A DNA stretch of 64,000 nucleotides from NCBI GenBank assembly GCA_028534125.1, contig CM052818.1:25422001-25486000 (forward strand), in the 5' to 3' direction. This document shows, one piece after another, positions 14,670 through 29,604 of this stretch. Below the pieces are notes generated by a model. That model saw only the letters and a program-made list of their open reading frames with translations. It was not told where the DNA came from and made no database searches. The position numbers and the translations under genes are program-made. Every line of letters starts with the position of its first letter. Positions within the stretch are counted from its first letter, which is position 1. This stretch comes from Lama glama (taxonomy: Eukaryota).

Positions 14670-16112
14670 AAGGGCACCATCAAAAGTGAAGACAGCATAC
14701 AGAATATTTGCAAATCATATATCTGATGTTATCTGGTATACACTGATATATTCAGTGTATGTAACGAACTCTCGCAAAAAGACAAACAACCCAGTTTTAA
14801 AATGGGCAAAGAATTTGAATAGGAATTCCTTCAAGGAAGATACACAAATATCCAACAAGCACATGAAAGGATGCTTAGCATCATTAGTCATTAGTGAAAT
14901 GCAAATCAAAACCATTGTGAAATACCACTTCACATGTACTAAGGTGGCTAGAATTTAAAAAAAGAAAATACCAAGTGTTGGCGAGGTTGTGGAGAAGTTG
15001 GAACACTCATACTTTGCTGGTGGGAATGTAAAACGGTACAATTACTATGGAAAACAGTTTGGCAGTTCCTCAAAAAGTTAAAGAATTATATCTAGCAAGT
15101 CCAAAAAGTTGTATACTGTGTAATTTTTTTATATGACATTCTTGAAATGAAAAAAACTATTGAGATGCAGAAGAGATTAGTGGCTCCTGGGAGCTAAAGA
15201 GGAGGCTATAATGGGGGAGGGGAGGTGTGGCTATAAAAGGACAGCAGGAGGTCCTTGTGGTGATGGAAATATTTTATACTTTACTACATCAATGTCAATG
15301 GCCAGATTGTGATATTGCACTATTGCATGAGGTTACCATTGGAAGAAACTAGGTGGTGTGCAGACAGGATTTTTCCATATCATTTCTTAAAACTGCATGT
15401 AAATCTAAATTACCTTAATGAAAGGAGTATTTATACAGTAGAGTATTATACAGAGTTTGTAATAAATGAACTGTAAGGAACTGTATGAATCAAAATGAAT
15501 AAAATTTTAAAATAACTTTAAATATAAAAACTAAATTGCAGAAGAATATACTATTTATATTATTTTTATATGGAATTTGAAAATAGAGCCTTATATCTTG
15601 ATACGTATGTAATTATGATATTAAAACAAACATGAAATGATGAAACTCAAATTCAGAATAGTGATTTCCTGATTTCTTCTGGGGATCAGCAGGAGAAGAA
15701 ATAAGCTTCTGAAAAGAAGCCTGGGAGGATCATTACATCTGTACTGTTTTATTTCTTTAAAAAAGGAGCTGAAGTATTATAAAATGTTGGGCTTTTTTGA
15801 GTTAGATGGTGAATCGAATTGTTAAGCTGTTCTTTGTACTTTTCTTTCTGTTTAGAATAGTCTGTATTTTTTATTCTTAATTCACAGTTGTATATGTTGA
15901 TAATTAAGTTTTTAAATGACTTTTAAGTATTGCATTTAACCAGTAAACTGATCATAAAGTCATCTGTTAACTTATATATGGTTTCTTAGTGCTTGCTATT
16001 CTGCAAATTTATCCTCAAAATAAAACTGTGTAATGGGAGCTTGGATTCTCAGTGACTTGTTGATTTTTTTTCTCTTTCTTGAAATTTGCTATTTTAGAAT
16101 AATAATACTAGA

Positions 16113-16350
16113 TACCATTTATTCAGTGCTCACTATGTTCGTATACTATTGTAAGCACTTTGCACGTGCTGTCTCACTGAATTTCTAAAACAACTCCTTG
16201 AAGTACGTATTATCCACATTTTCTAATGAAGAGACTGGCTTAGAGATGGTAAATAGTTTGTCAAAGGTCACAGCTAGTAAGTAGTACAATCAGAATTGGA
16301 ATCTGGGTCTCTGTGACTCTGTAGTCATGCTTTTAAGCCACTACACTGCA
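16113..16350 (-). mobile_element. MIR
   Basis: ccatttattcagtgctcactatg...ggtcacagctagtaagtag...gaatctgggtct...aagccactacactg. Confidence 0.75.
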
Positions 16351-17581
16351 TAGCCTTTCCTTTATATATATAATTGTCATAAAAATTCTATAATAAATTA
16401 GAGTTTATTGAAAGAGAAGGAGAACATTATTTGCTGTATATAAATACTAGAATTGAAGAGACCCAAGATATAACATCTAATCACATTTTTATTTCTCTCT
16501 CCCATCCACTCTATTCATACCTAACTCCTTCCTGTTGTTATTTTTGAAAACCTACTATCCATAACTGTAAAATTTTCAGGGGACTGCAATTTCCAGTGTT
16601 ATATTATTATAGAAATTTTCAGTTGAGAAGGCAGTTGAAGGAATTGAAATTACTCAAGGGATTTAGGGTGACTTGGAGCTTTATATCCTGTATTGCATTT
16701 CACAAAGAACAGAAGTCAGGTCTTCTGATTTCTGATCTTGTATTATTGTTATTCAGTCTGTCCTTAAAAAAACACAATCTAAGAAGCAACATTAAAAGTA
16801 AACATTATTTGTTCTGTCTTTCACTCAAACTTCCTTTTTCTGCTCTCCTCCACTAGATGTCCTCTTCCTCTTTCTAGAATCACCCTTCATAGAAATGAGC
16901 TCTTCCTAGGGTCTAGAACACTGTTTTCGTTATGGTTTTTTTGTTCAACCTGGAATCGGGCACAGGACACAAGAGAGTAGAGATCCTACCTCCTGATAAA
17001 ATCAAGACACCTGCTCTCTTTTTCCTCAGGAATCATCAAAAACAGATTCTAACCATTAGATTTGTTTGGTTTATTAATAACTGATGGTAAAAAATTTTTT
17101 GGCAATTTGTATTAAAATTGTTTAATTGTTCTGTGAAAAGTGTAACAATAAATTTTAGATGATATAAACTTTTACCTATGACTCACAGAATGTGAAAGTA
17201 AGTCTTCCACTAAGGAATAACCATGAGAAAATAGATGTCTGGCACCAGTATTCTAAATGTTTATACTTTACCTGGTTGTAGATATTTATATTCTTTATTG
17301 TTCAGGCTAGCCTTTGTTTTCCAGAACCAAAAGTCCCTCTATTCTTACAACCATGTTTTTTGATAATACTCTACTGGAATCCTTTCCTGAGAAGTGTCAT
17401 AATATATAAGAATCCTATTACTCATCAGAAAGAGTTGATATACTTTCTTACTTGAGAATATTAGATTTCTTCTATTAAAACTAATAGCCACATAATTTTG
17501 TTTAGAGGCTTTAAAAGAAATACATAATTGTGCAGGCATAGATGTGCCCATAATTTAATCTTTCTGTATTTATGGTGGTAG

Positions 17582-17755
<174 letters not shown>

Positions 17756-17826
17756 TAGTAATTTTTATGTCAAGATATGTGATGTCTGAAAAGTAAACTT
17801 AAAAATTAAATCACTTTGTTTTCTAG

Positions 17827-17952
<126 letters not shown>

Positions 17953-19619
17953 TAAAATGTTCGAGTGTGACAACAGTTTTTTTTTTTCCAATTAGTTTGT
18001 GAATTATTGAGTGCTCATGAACATTAGTCTGTATCCATTTTCTTTTTCTAGTTAAGCAAATGTAAATGAATCTACAAAAGAGTCACATATTCTCCAGTTT
18101 TAATAGTGAATTTTAAAGCAATCATCAAGATTTTTTTTTGTGCTCTTTGTTTATATCTTGTGTTCTTTTTGTTCACACGGCCGATTGTTTGGAAACAACC
18201 TTAGATTTATGCATCGAGGTCTCCATTTTGAGATCTCAACAGATTCAGGGACTTAGATAAGGGACCAAGTGTGGGGATAAGGCCAGGTAATGGGGAAGAT
18301 TAATCACCTAATTTTCATAGCCTAAGTTTGCAACTATTTCTATAAAACTGCTCATTATTACTTTACAAACAGTAAATAATATATAATCCTAGTAAAAATT
18401 TCCCATTTGATTATAGTTCAAAATACTCAACTTAAAAAGCACTGAACCAAAAGAAAGGATTTTGCTTTTTTCCCTCCTCTGCACTGAAATTAAGGAAAAA
18501 GGGAGCCTTAGTCTGTATAAATTATAATACAATACTGTAGCTCAAAGTGATTTACGTTTAAATGTCTTATGTATCTAATGATGTCTACTTTGAGTTATGG
18601 ATAATATAGCCTAAAAAACAATTTTTTTCAAAAAATTTAACGGATGAGTTATAAAGATATTTTATTTACCGTTAATGAACTAGCCTCATGAAGACGAAAT
18701 AAGACTTGCATTAATACTATTATTATTTCTTGAGCTTTTAAAAGAATGTTTTCATTAAAGAAAAATTCTATTTAATATGTTGGTTTTGTTATGGAGCTTG
18801 TATTACTAGAAATCAGATTTATAGTTCGCAGGAGTACTTGATGAAATGGGCTCTCTATAATGAATCAGTGAATGAGTAGAAGACCTAGTTTAGTAAACTG
18901 AAGGAACTCTCATCCTTGAATTTTCCTTCCATTTTCCAAGGTCTCTCTTCATTGTAGTAATTTGGAGTTCAGTTAGATTTCTCAAGCAGGAATGTTTGAA
19001 TTAAGAGAGCACTGAGGAAGTTAAAGGATTTAGTCACCAGGCAGAATTAACAGCACTCTTAGCTCTCTGTTCTAGGCCACAAACAAAATACCATTTATGG
19101 TCTTTGGTAATGAAGGATGATTATTATAAGAGGGTAATCAAGAGGAATGATGGGATTTTTACTTGAGACTGTAATGAAATTCTGAAAGATTAAAGGCCAT
19201 ATGAAACCTTGAAGCAATCATTAGTTAATAAGTAGGAATAAGAACCTTTGATGAAGGTTCAGAAGGCTGTAAAACCTAACCATCTTAATAATATGAGAAA
19301 TTAATTATTTACTCCCCCAATTATAGGCAATTAAATTTTTAAAGTTATAAGTTACGGTAATAGAATCTTTATTTTATAATTGCATCAGTTAGCAATTTAA
19401 AAGATTTCTACTGGTAAGCATGCTTATTCCTAGTTCATGTTACTGCCTAAATTTCATTGCAAAATTAATGTATTAGGCAAGAAACTTTGCCTAATTAATT
19501 CCATAAATATTGATCACTCCTTTTTACTCTGCATTCCCCCAGGACTAATACACTATTTGTACTTATTATCCTTACTTTGTATTTGTTGGTATGTTGCTTA
19601 GTTAAATAGTTTCATTGAG

Positions 19620-19878
19620 CAGTGTTTTCAAAGTGTATTCTGTGGGATGCTAGTCCCATGAGATACTCTAAATTAAAAGTTTGGGGGAAATGTTCAGTGG
19701 TCAAATATGTTTAGGGGGGCACTGTATTCTTAATTATACTACTAGAAATTTTCAGTGTACATTAGAACATTAAAAACTTTAAATTGTGTAATAAAGCAGT
19801 TAGCTCCCAAATTAATTAGACCATGAAACCCTTTAAAAATATAATATATTTATAGAGGGTTACTTTGAGGAACTATGG
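19620..19878. mobile_element. hAT-type non-autonomous DNA transposon remnant
   Basis: cagtgttttcaaagtgtattctgtggga ... tactttgaggaactatg termini. Confidence 0.45.
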
Positions 19879-20349
19879 TAGAATTCTTCCATCAGATGGA
19901 CTGAAAGACCTAACTCTTAAGGGTCTAAGATTTTTTTCCAGCATGTTTCTTACCGTAAATATTTTTCCTCTGGGTATTGCCATTACTCCAAGTGCCAGTG
20001 TAGAGTTGGTGGTTCTGGACTCAACTAATGATTAAATAAAATTGGGGCAGTGGGAAGCAGCAAAATGCTAAGATAGCAATGACAGTTGGAAACTAGCCGT
20101 AATTTATCTGTGGCATGGAGTAGCTTTTGAAAGCTCGTGAGACTAGATGGTAGCCTGATGTTTCCTCTCTGATTCTAGCCCTGTAGCCTACTAACTGAGT
20201 AGCTTGCAACAAGTCACTTAACCTTTTGAGCTCTGGTTCCCTTATCTGTGAAACGCTTATCTTACTGGGTTATTATATCAACCAAGAGAATGTATGTAAA
20301 AATACTTCAGTATACATACAGTAAAGAATTGCCATTAATAGAAACTTTT

Positions 20350-21160
20350 CTTCTTACCTGGCAGATATCTTAAACTAATCTTTTACTCCCTCATCCTTCA
20401 CCACTTCCCCTCCTTCTCCTGCCTGCCCAAATTTGTGCTTTTCCCTGTATTCCATTTCTTTGTTGATCAGCTCAGTTTCCTTCACCAGAAGCCTCAGTTC
20501 CATCTTTGATTCTTCTCTCTTCCTTATTGGCAGATCATCATGATTTGACTCTAGAAATAATTTTGGAATCCAGTATATTCTCTCCATTCTGCCTTAGTCC
20601 AGACCCTCAGCATTTCTTGCCTAGATTACTGTAGCAGTTTCATATATGATCTTTGTATTTTATGGAACTCCCAGTTTGAAAAGTGCAGTTGGTTCCCTGT
20701 GAACTGGGACACAAAGTCTAAATTCTTTGGCCTCTCTCCAACCTTACCGCTCAGTATTTGATGCCACTTACCTTACACTTAAGCCATAAAACATTTTCTA
20801 GCAAGCCTGGATATGTTAATTCTGTTTAGGATTTCATATCCTTTTTTTCTGTTTACCTGGAACTCCTCTTCTATTTCTACCTTCTCCTTTCATCTGAGAA
20901 ATTCCTACTTGTCAAAGAATTTGTTCAAATGTTGATTTGAACCAAGGGAAACTTGATTTCCCTCGGTTCCTTAGGTTGATCCTTTGACTACACTCCTTTA
21001 CTCTCTCCTATTTATGAACTTGACCCATTTTTAATGTCTGTCTTGTCATTGGACTGTATACTCCATGAATAATGGAACTGATCCTTAGGTATCTTTGAAT
21101 TCTCATGCCTAGTAGTGTTTGGCACTTAAACATTCAATAAATGCTTGTTAAAAAATGAAT
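20350..21160 (+). mobile_element. L2 fragments with 3' end
   Basis: ccatctttgattcttctctc...; ttcttgcctagattactgtagcag...; tagtgtttggcacttaaacattcaataaatgcttgtt. Confidence 0.65.
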
Positions 21161-21884
21161 AGGAAAAATAAAGTAAGTTTTCCTTAGAATTCCTATAAAT
21201 GTCTTATATTTGTAGAAATAGTTTAACTGTAACATATAATTACATTTACTTTGGAAACTTAGAATGCCTTACAAATTAATTTATAAATAAAATAAAAGTA
21301 TAAATAAAATAAAATTTATAAATAAAATGAAAGTATAATTATTAATAGTTTAAGACTTTAATGCCACTGAAACTGGAAAAATTTTTTTTTTCCTGGCAAG
21401 TTAAAGTTTAGTAGTCAAGTCTTTTTGGAACCTTTGATCAGTTTTTTTCACACTGAAGTTCATTTTTATGAAGTGAAAAAAAAACAAGAAAAACTCTTCT
21501 GTGTCCTTTGGAAAACCTCATTGCTCCAGTAATGTGATTTTCTGTGTTAAGTTTAATTTACTTTGTTAAACAAATAGAATTGTTTCCTGGGACTAAGTAA
21601 ATATGTTAGCTGATATTTTGAAGGTTAGCAAATCAGTACATTGTTCACCTCAACAAAAATTTTAACCTTTTCTTTGTTTTATAGATGTGTTATTTGTCTG
21701 AGTATACCTTAAGGAGGTAAAATATTAGAAAAAAATTATCCAGGATGATTTTGAACTAGTCAGTTCCCTAGAGAATTGCCTATTCTCTTTCCGGTATGCT
21801 GGGTCCATGTAACCTAGGGAAAACTAAGTTTCTCTCAATTTAAAAAAATCAGGTACAAATCTTTATTGTTATTTGTGCATTAGC

Positions 21885-22356
21885 ATGTTAGTGTCCTAAA
21901 GCTGCCAGAGCAAAGCACAGACTGAGTGGCTTAAAAGCAACAGAAATTTATTCTTTCACAGTTTTGGAGATAAGAAGTCCTAAATTAGGGTGTCGCAGGG
22001 CCATACTCCTTCTAAAGTCTCTAGCAGAGAATCCTTCCTGCCTTTTCTTAGCTTCTGGTGTATCCCAGCAATCCTTGACATCCCTTGGCTTATGGATGCC
22101 TTCATTTCAGTCTTTTCCTCCATCTTCATGTCACTTTCTTCGCATCTTCACATTCTTCTCTGTTACCTTTGCATCCAAATCTCTTTCCAAAAATAATTTT
22201 TTTCATTTTCTGTTATAAAATACCGAGTCAATGGATGTAGGGCTCACTCTAGTCTAATATGACCTCATCTCAACTTGATTATACCTGCAAAGACCCAATT
22301 TTCAAATAAGATCATATATATAAACAAGTATGGAGAACACAGTTCAATCCATTACA
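21885..22356 (-). mobile_element. MLT1 (MaLR) solo LTR
   Basis: gtggcttaaaagcaacagaaatttattctttcacagttttggag...tatgacctcatctcaacttgattatacctgcaaagacc...cagttcaatccattaca. Confidence 0.85.
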
Positions 22357-23789
22357 GTTAGCTTTTGGTGTACCATAAAAATTATATTCATTTTATCTTT
22401 CTGATTCTCCAGTGTATATTGGCTTTCGTAAACCCATAAAAATGTGTTTTTTATGATTGGACAATTCATCACTTCATCCTGGTCTTAGATTTTTAAAATT
22501 TAATTTTAGTTCAACAAAAATCTCATGAAAAGCAAACAATATTTTTCAAACAGATTATAGACAGGTAAAAACTTAGAGGAATGCAAAATTATTAACAGTC
22601 ATCTGAATAAGACTAAATGTACATAATTGAGGTTGAGGTTAACATACATGTTTTCTCTTAAATGAAAAAAGAATAGAAAATTTAACACTTAAAACCTCTG
22701 TACCTTTTTTAGGTTTTATTGATAATAAGAAGTACATGATTAGCAAAATAATTGAAAGAAAAATATGTCCAGGTTTAATTTTAACACATTCAAAACAACC
22801 CTATCTCTTGAGGTAAGATTAAATTAAGAACCAATGGAATAGTAAATATCATAGTTAATGTTTATTCATTGTAACAGTGCAGTGTTTATCTTGATTACCA
22901 GCTTTGCTTTAGAAAATAAGGATGCTTACATGGTTAGATGCTTTCTGTGTGTTAAAATTTAACATTAGATTCTCTATTATCCCTAGATTTTTGTGTACTA
23001 ACTGACTTGAAGAATAGTCCTTAACTTTTCCCTATAATATAATACATAGTATAAACATTGTAATCCTAAATGCTTAAGTACAGGAATTGTAAGGTAGGAT
23101 TGCAGATAAGAATGTACAACTGAATGGTGCAGTGAGTGGCAAAAACTTAGGATCAAGAACTGAGAAATGTTAAAAGTAGGAGATAATTTTCCTCCTAGAG
23201 TAGTTTTTTTTTTCCAATGCTATATAAAACAAACTGAAAAAGACAAATACGAATTGCTACATCATTCACTTTAAACACCCAGTAGTGGCCTTCACATAAT
23301 GTGCCAGGAACTCTTTGTAAAGAGATATGCTCTGCAGACCCCACTACAAATATCTTGTGTACATTTCTTAATGGCTTTGATTTGCTGCTTTTCCAGTTTG
23401 GGAGCTGGATGCTTCAAACATCTATTCTAGTTAAATTTTTAACTACTATTTTTTCATATTTTGCATTTGGTTTAATTGCTATTGCTATATGCTTAAGACC
23501 ATTTTTTTTTGTACTGCTTATGAGCAGATGTCTTAATACCAGCAATAAGAGGAGATTTAGAAAACAGCTCTTCTCTCAGTATCATAAAAATAAGCCCAGC
23601 AGAGGTCTGTCTAGCTTCCATTTCTTTGAACTAGCTTTCTAAATTTAGAAATTCTTCTCCAGAAACATGGACTTAGAGCAGTGAGCTAAATGATATTGTA
23701 TGTGACCACAGATGTTTAATGTCTAAAGTTAAACATAGTATAGTGGAATTCAGGAGCCGTTATAAACAAACAGCTGACTATTGTACTAC

Positions 23790-25015
23790 TCCAATTTTTC
23801 AATTTTAAATTCTTCAAATTGGTAATTTCTATTGATCTGTCAATAGAATTGTTAGTTATTATACTTACTCTAGAATTCTCATTTGGATTTTGTTTTATAG
23901 TTTCCAGAGACTTCCTGTCTGTCCACTCAATATGACTGTCTTTCTTTAATTCTCAGAATATGATTACAAAAGCTACTTTGAAGTCTTTCCTAAATCCAAC
24001 ATTTGAGACACTTGAAGTCAGTTTCTATTAACTGGCTTTTTTCTTTAAATATGGGTCACATTTTCCTATGTTGTTGTTATTGTTGTTGGTGGCGGTGGGG
24101 CTTTTTTTGCTAGTTAACAGCTTTGGATTCTGTTGTGTGAAGGATTATTGGGATCCTTTTAGTGGGCTTTTGATTTTGTTTTGTTTTAGATTGTTGAATT
24201 TTCACTCTAGCAGGCAGTTAACTTTCCTGGACTCAACTGTAAATTTGTCTCTTGTTTGTTGTGCAGCAGTTGATACCTCTGTTCACTTTTTAGGATTTCC
24301 ATATGCTTTACTTGACTCTCTTACGTCTTCCCTTTGCATATATGACTTGGCAGTAAGACCAAGTGTTTGGGCAGAGATAATGTTTAGATTTGGGGGCACA
24401 GTCTTTGTGGTTTCCTTACACCTAGAGATTGTCCCTTAATTTCCAGCCACTCTGCCAGCCTCAGGCTCTGTCCCTTGGCACCTTAAAGCAGTAAGGCTTT
24501 AACTGTCTGCTGTGTGAGCTACGTACAGTTGGGAAATAAACTCAGTTTAAGAAAAGAAGAACTCATCTGTTACAATTCTTGTCTTTCAGGAGTAGATTCC
24601 TCTTTGATCTCCCTACTTTTTTGCCAGGCTCCCTGGGGTCTTCCCACACATGCAGAGTTTAGCAGTCAACCAGGTGTTTGGGTAGAATTTACCCTCAGAT
24701 TTTGTGTCTCAACCCTTCTGCAGTTCATTCACTTCCAGATTCCTCCCTTCAATTTCTTCTTAAACTGCTCTCTTTTATCTCAAGCCTGTAAAGCTACTTT
24801 TTTCCTCCCATTCTTCCCCACTGTCACCGTAATCTCATAGTGTACACTTTCTAAAGTTGCATCTTTTCAAGAATAATAGTGCTTCTGGCTTATGCTTTCT
24901 TTTAGATGTTTTCCAATGCCTGTAACTATATTTAATATTTTGTCCAGATTGAATAATTGTTATCTGCACAGAGTTTCCAAAACTTCTGCCTTCCATCACC
25001 TGTTACTAGAAGTTC
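23790..25015 (-). mobile_element. Degraded L1M 5'/ORF1 region
   Basis: agctactttgaagtctttcctaaatccaacatttgagacac...; ctagcaggcagttaactt; similar to the block at 44150-46340. Confidence 0.5.
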
Positions 25016-25635
25016 TTGAATTTTTATAGGTCTTCTTCAGTATTTGTTATGACTTTGGTGACTGTAACAATAGGAGGGATAACAGTGAAGGGCAGGCTGC
25101 AACTCAGATTCCACAGGTAGGCAAGAGAGTTGCTATTGTTAGAAAATATATTTTAATAAATTTAAAGATAGGGATAACTGGATCTTATTTAAAATATGAT
25201 TTGAATATGGGGCATGTGTAAAAATTGGTTGCATAGATTATTTTTAATTGCTCTTGCATGTTCTTCAGTCATCTTTTATCTCACCCAGATGACATGCTTG
25301 GGCTTAAAATACTCCCTGACAAAAACAGTACACAAATTTAGTCTAATTGGCAGGGATTCTAAAAATTCTTTACAATTAACTAAGATTATTTTCTGTCTGA
25401 AAACACAATAGTGATACATAGAAACACCTTTTTTTACTATTGTGTTATGACTTCTTTATCAAATAAATATCGTGGTTTCCAATTTTTTTGCCTTTTTTAG
25501 CTAGAATTAATTTCTAGCTAGAATTTAGCTAGAAATTCACCAAACTGGTTTACTACATGACAGCAGAGGGGTTACTGCTTTTTCTAGATAAACTTCACGT
25601 GTACACAGTAGGATAGGCGTGGAGGAGGAGACGGG

Positions 25636-25722
25636 TGTGATGGGGTTCAGGACGCACTATCCCCACCAAAGTGGCACATTAGCATACTGAATATTTTAAG
25701 TTAAAGGAGTCTGAGACACTGT
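25636..25722 (+). mobile_element. ERV1 LTR 5' fragment (MER34/MER39-like)
   Basis: tgtgatggggttcaggacgcactatccccaccaaagtggcacattagcatactgaatattttaagttaaagga. Confidence 0.6.
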
Positions 25723-25849
25723 CACAACAGAGGTTGCTTTTAGCAGCATGAAGAAAATCAGGAATTTATGTTGGTCTCGATAGAATTAAAGAGATTAAAT
25801 GAAGAGAGGGGTATTGGAAGAGAAATGGGGAAATGTGAGCTATTTATTG

Positions 25850-26790
25850 TCCAGCTATCTGTTGAACAACTCTGCTTGTTCATTGTGTAAGCAACTCAAA
25901 TTCACTTTCTTGAAAACTCCTTATCTTTCCCAACAAATCTACTCTTTCTGTGTTCATTGACTCAGCAAAGTGGTCCCGCTATCCATCTGGTTACTTGGAA
26001 TAGAAACCTGGAAGTCCTCAACTCTTCTCTTTCTCCACATCACACCTACTTAGTCACCAAGTAACTCCTTTTCATTCTTGAAAAGGATCTTCTTTTGGAT
26101 TCATCCTCTTTTTGTTTGCTCTCAGTTCTCTGTGAGGACCATGATAATCTCATCTGGACTATCACAAATCTCCCTCTAGTCTTTCCTTCCCATCTTCTCT
26201 TCCCCACACAATTTGCCCTTGACTGGGTAACCAAACCCAAGCCATCTTTCTAAAATGCAAAATTAATCACATTAGTCTCTATTGCTTAAAATCCGTAATG
26301 GCTCCCTATTGACCCAAGTTTATGTCCAAGTTCCTAATAAGGCTTATTGTCATGACTTGGTCCCTGTTGACTTCTCCAGAATCTTGACTCACTCCCTGTC
26401 CCCACCTCCCATCTTTCCCACCCACTAGGCGGTATGATTCAGCCAGTTTCTCTCAGTCTTGGTCCTATATAACTCTTTGAATTACACATGCTATTTCCTG
26501 TGCCTAATTCATTTTTTGTACTTGTTTCCCCATGGCTAAATCATTCTTATCCTTCAAACCTTATAGTCATTTCTTTCTGGAAGCTTTCCTTGCCATCTTC
26601 TCTCCCTTTATTAGGTCAAGGGCTCTTGCTGTGTATTTCCAGAGTGCCCTGTATTTTCCCCATCATAGCACTTTGTAATTCATTTGTCTCCTCTTTTATA
26701 CTCCAACAGCAGGGGCCAGATTTGGCTTGCTCACCATGTTTTCATTCTTATAATTAATGGGTGGTTAATTAAATATTTGTTAAATTAATT
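25850..26790 (+). mobile_element. L2
   Basis: agaaacctggaagtcctcaactcttctc...; tctttctaaaatgcaaa...gcttaaaatccgtaatggctccctattg. Confidence 0.7.
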
Positions 26791-29604
26791 CTTATTGGAA
26801 CTTGACTGGCTTCCCCTGTAGATCTGCCCTTTTGAGTTCTTTTTTTCACTCAGCTACTATTAATAGTTTAAATAGTTTCTAAAAGTGTACAAGACGATTT
26901 AAGTATCTCAATAAAACTTACGACATTCTTCAGAAACCTCGAGAATTTTGCTTTTATTTTCTAATTATAGATCACATAATTTATATTTTAAGATTTCATT
27001 TTTATATTTTCCACCATTGGCTAATTTAATAAAGATACTGTTTTATTTAAATTACAATTATGGAAGAATTACACTATTTATTCCATGTAGTATATACTAC
27101 CTTGATAATGATCATCTGCTTACTTGTCTTGGGGGAAAATGAGGATTTACACTAGTTAAGTAAAAGAAGATCAAATTTTGTTAATATCATTAACATCATA
27201 TACTAGTTGATGAACTTTTCTGTTATGTAGGATAATTATCTGCATATATGAAATCACTAACTCAAAAATACTTTTGTTGGGAAAAAAAGGAACTAGTTTT
27301 GAAATTTACTTGGTGATTTTCTTCTTTACTTGTGTTCTTACATTTTGTAATGGGCTCTTATATATGTGCTCAGTATTTAAGATAGAGGTGAATGTCTGTC
27401 TTTTTGTTGCAAATCTCAGTTATAGTTAGACAGTTATAAGGTTGTATATTTTGTCATCCTTGTGCATTGCAGTTTACCTATTTGGATGGAATAGGTTTTA
27501 TTTGGTGAATATTTTCTAAACAAGTATTTCAAGTCATTTCAGTTCTTTGGGTAGTATATTGAAAAGGTCACTGGATTGAGAGTTGGGAATCCTGGTTTCT
27601 GATTCTGCCTGCCTCTGTCAGCAAGCATGTGGCAATTTATATTATTTCAGAGTGTATCATTTTATTTATTTCATGTTGGAGAAAACTAATTTCTAGAAAT
27701 AAAAGCATATGGATTCAAATTTGTTTTTTTAAGAAAGGAATCATTATATGTTTGTGAATTAGTTGAACTCATATAAAATGCATCAGGTACAACACTTTAT
27801 TTTTTTATGTGTAAACCAATCGAGTTTTATTCCTCTCCTGAATACCATTGTGAGTTTTCTTTTTCCAGTTCATAGCTTCTTAAATTTAATCCTATTTATC
27901 TCTCAGGGTTTCCTTTGGACATACAATATATCATATTGACTACTGCCCCTTCTACTTATTTCTTAAGGACTCTCTCCTCAAAATAACTGCTGGTAAAAGT
28001 GGCTCCTTTCTTCTGAAAATAATTTTTATCATCTCTATAGATGATAGGAGTTTTCGTTGTGCTTTAGAATATGATTCTCTGGATCGGTTTAAATATGATC
28101 TCATACGGCAATGTAATTTCAGGACTTGATAATTTTTTTAACTATTTAAGTGAACGGGATTTGTAAAATTAAATTGTTGCTATTACGTAATGTTATTAAA
28201 TAGACAGTGATGAGAAAAGTATGGTATTGAATATCACTTTGGTAGCAAGAGGATGCTGCTTTGTGGAGTCTCATTTACATACTGATTGCCACTGCTTTGT
28301 TTCTGTATCAACAATAAGTCACCCCTTTGATGGTAGTTAGCTTGAATTATTCTGCACCAGTGCCCAGTTTAAGTCAGCTATGTTAGGTAAAAGAAGCAAA
28401 GAATGCTTATAAGAAAGGTCATTTATTACACTGAAATTTGTTTTAGATGCTTGACTAATACTGTGAAGGTAAATATTGCATTTAAAAATTATTTCATCAG
28501 TAAAGTTTTATGGTTTTTGAAATAGACTTTGGGTTTGTGATTTTAAAATACACTAAAAATATTTTTGAGATAACAGTATATTCCACATGTAAAATGCTAC
28601 AGTTAAGTGGTAGATAAGTAACCCAGAAACTTGAAACACTTTTAGAACAGAAAATCAAATGTATTTCCTATTGGATTTGTTACTTTCGTAGTTGTTTTTA
28701 TGAATGTTAGAATTATGTGTTTTGTATAACTTTAGATGTGTTTGCCAGAATTAATAATATAAAAAATATCAAAGGATAGATTGTAAAGAACTCAGTAATA
28801 TTCTGCTGTTAGTATCAGTTTGTAAGACTGAAAAATTACCTTGCGTCATATTGACTTGAATATTGAGTGATTAAATTCTGAAACAACTCAGTGAAATAAT
28901 TCACTCTTTAGTGATGCTTTCATTACACTGTGTAGAATTTTGCCCTTTTTTATTAAACATTACTTTCAATGTTAGATTACCTGCTTCCTTTGAAGCCTAA
29001 ACTTCAAAAGGTTTATGGTAACATTTGTCTCCAAAAATTCTTCCATATGAGAAATAAATAGTTTAGATAGAAGTGGAAGTAGTTTGAGAGTTTACCCAGA
29101 GTCCAGCCTTCAACCTACTAGTAATATCTGTTAAAACCTAGTATCTTCTTTATGAACACTTGGCCATTGATTTTCTTTTCATTGAAAAGTAAACCTTTGT
29201 AAATTTGAAATTTGTGGTTTTATTTCTCAAGTCTTTTCCTCTGTGATAGAGAGTTTGTTCTTAAATGTTGCATGAAAGTTCTATTAATAAATAATATTTC
29301 TTAATTTTTCCTTTTTGGTAGCCACAAACAGATTTATAAGGTACTGAATTATTGACACTCATACCTCAGTTAATTGCTTGCTTGAATTATAGCCACCTTG
29401 TTGCATTGATGATTAGTAGTTATTGATGACTTAATCCTTGTTAAGCACAGACTTTCTGTCAGGCATATGTAGTATATTTAGCCACTAACTGAAAATATGC
29501 TTGCGTTTCACTAACTCAAAATCTTAACATGTGCATACTGACAAAGTTCTTCATAATACTAATGTTAATTCTGTAGTAAAACTATGAAGAAAACAACTTA
29601 CCCT

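Larger units (their letters stand above)
14040..15870 (+). mobile_element. Old L1M ORF2/3' fragments hosting nested younger L1 tails
   Basis: aactcaaaatggatcagagacttaatgtaaaagctaaa...; aaatgcaaatcaaaaccattgtgaaataccacttcac; ORF 14686-14958 resembles the L1 ORF2 C-terminus. Confidence 0.8.

Noticed and set aside
23301..24840. 113-, 123- and 108-aa hydrophobic ORFs
   Set aside because: T-rich intronic or antisense-L1 sequence gives Leu/Phe-rich pseudo-membrane peptides, and there is no splice or homology support.
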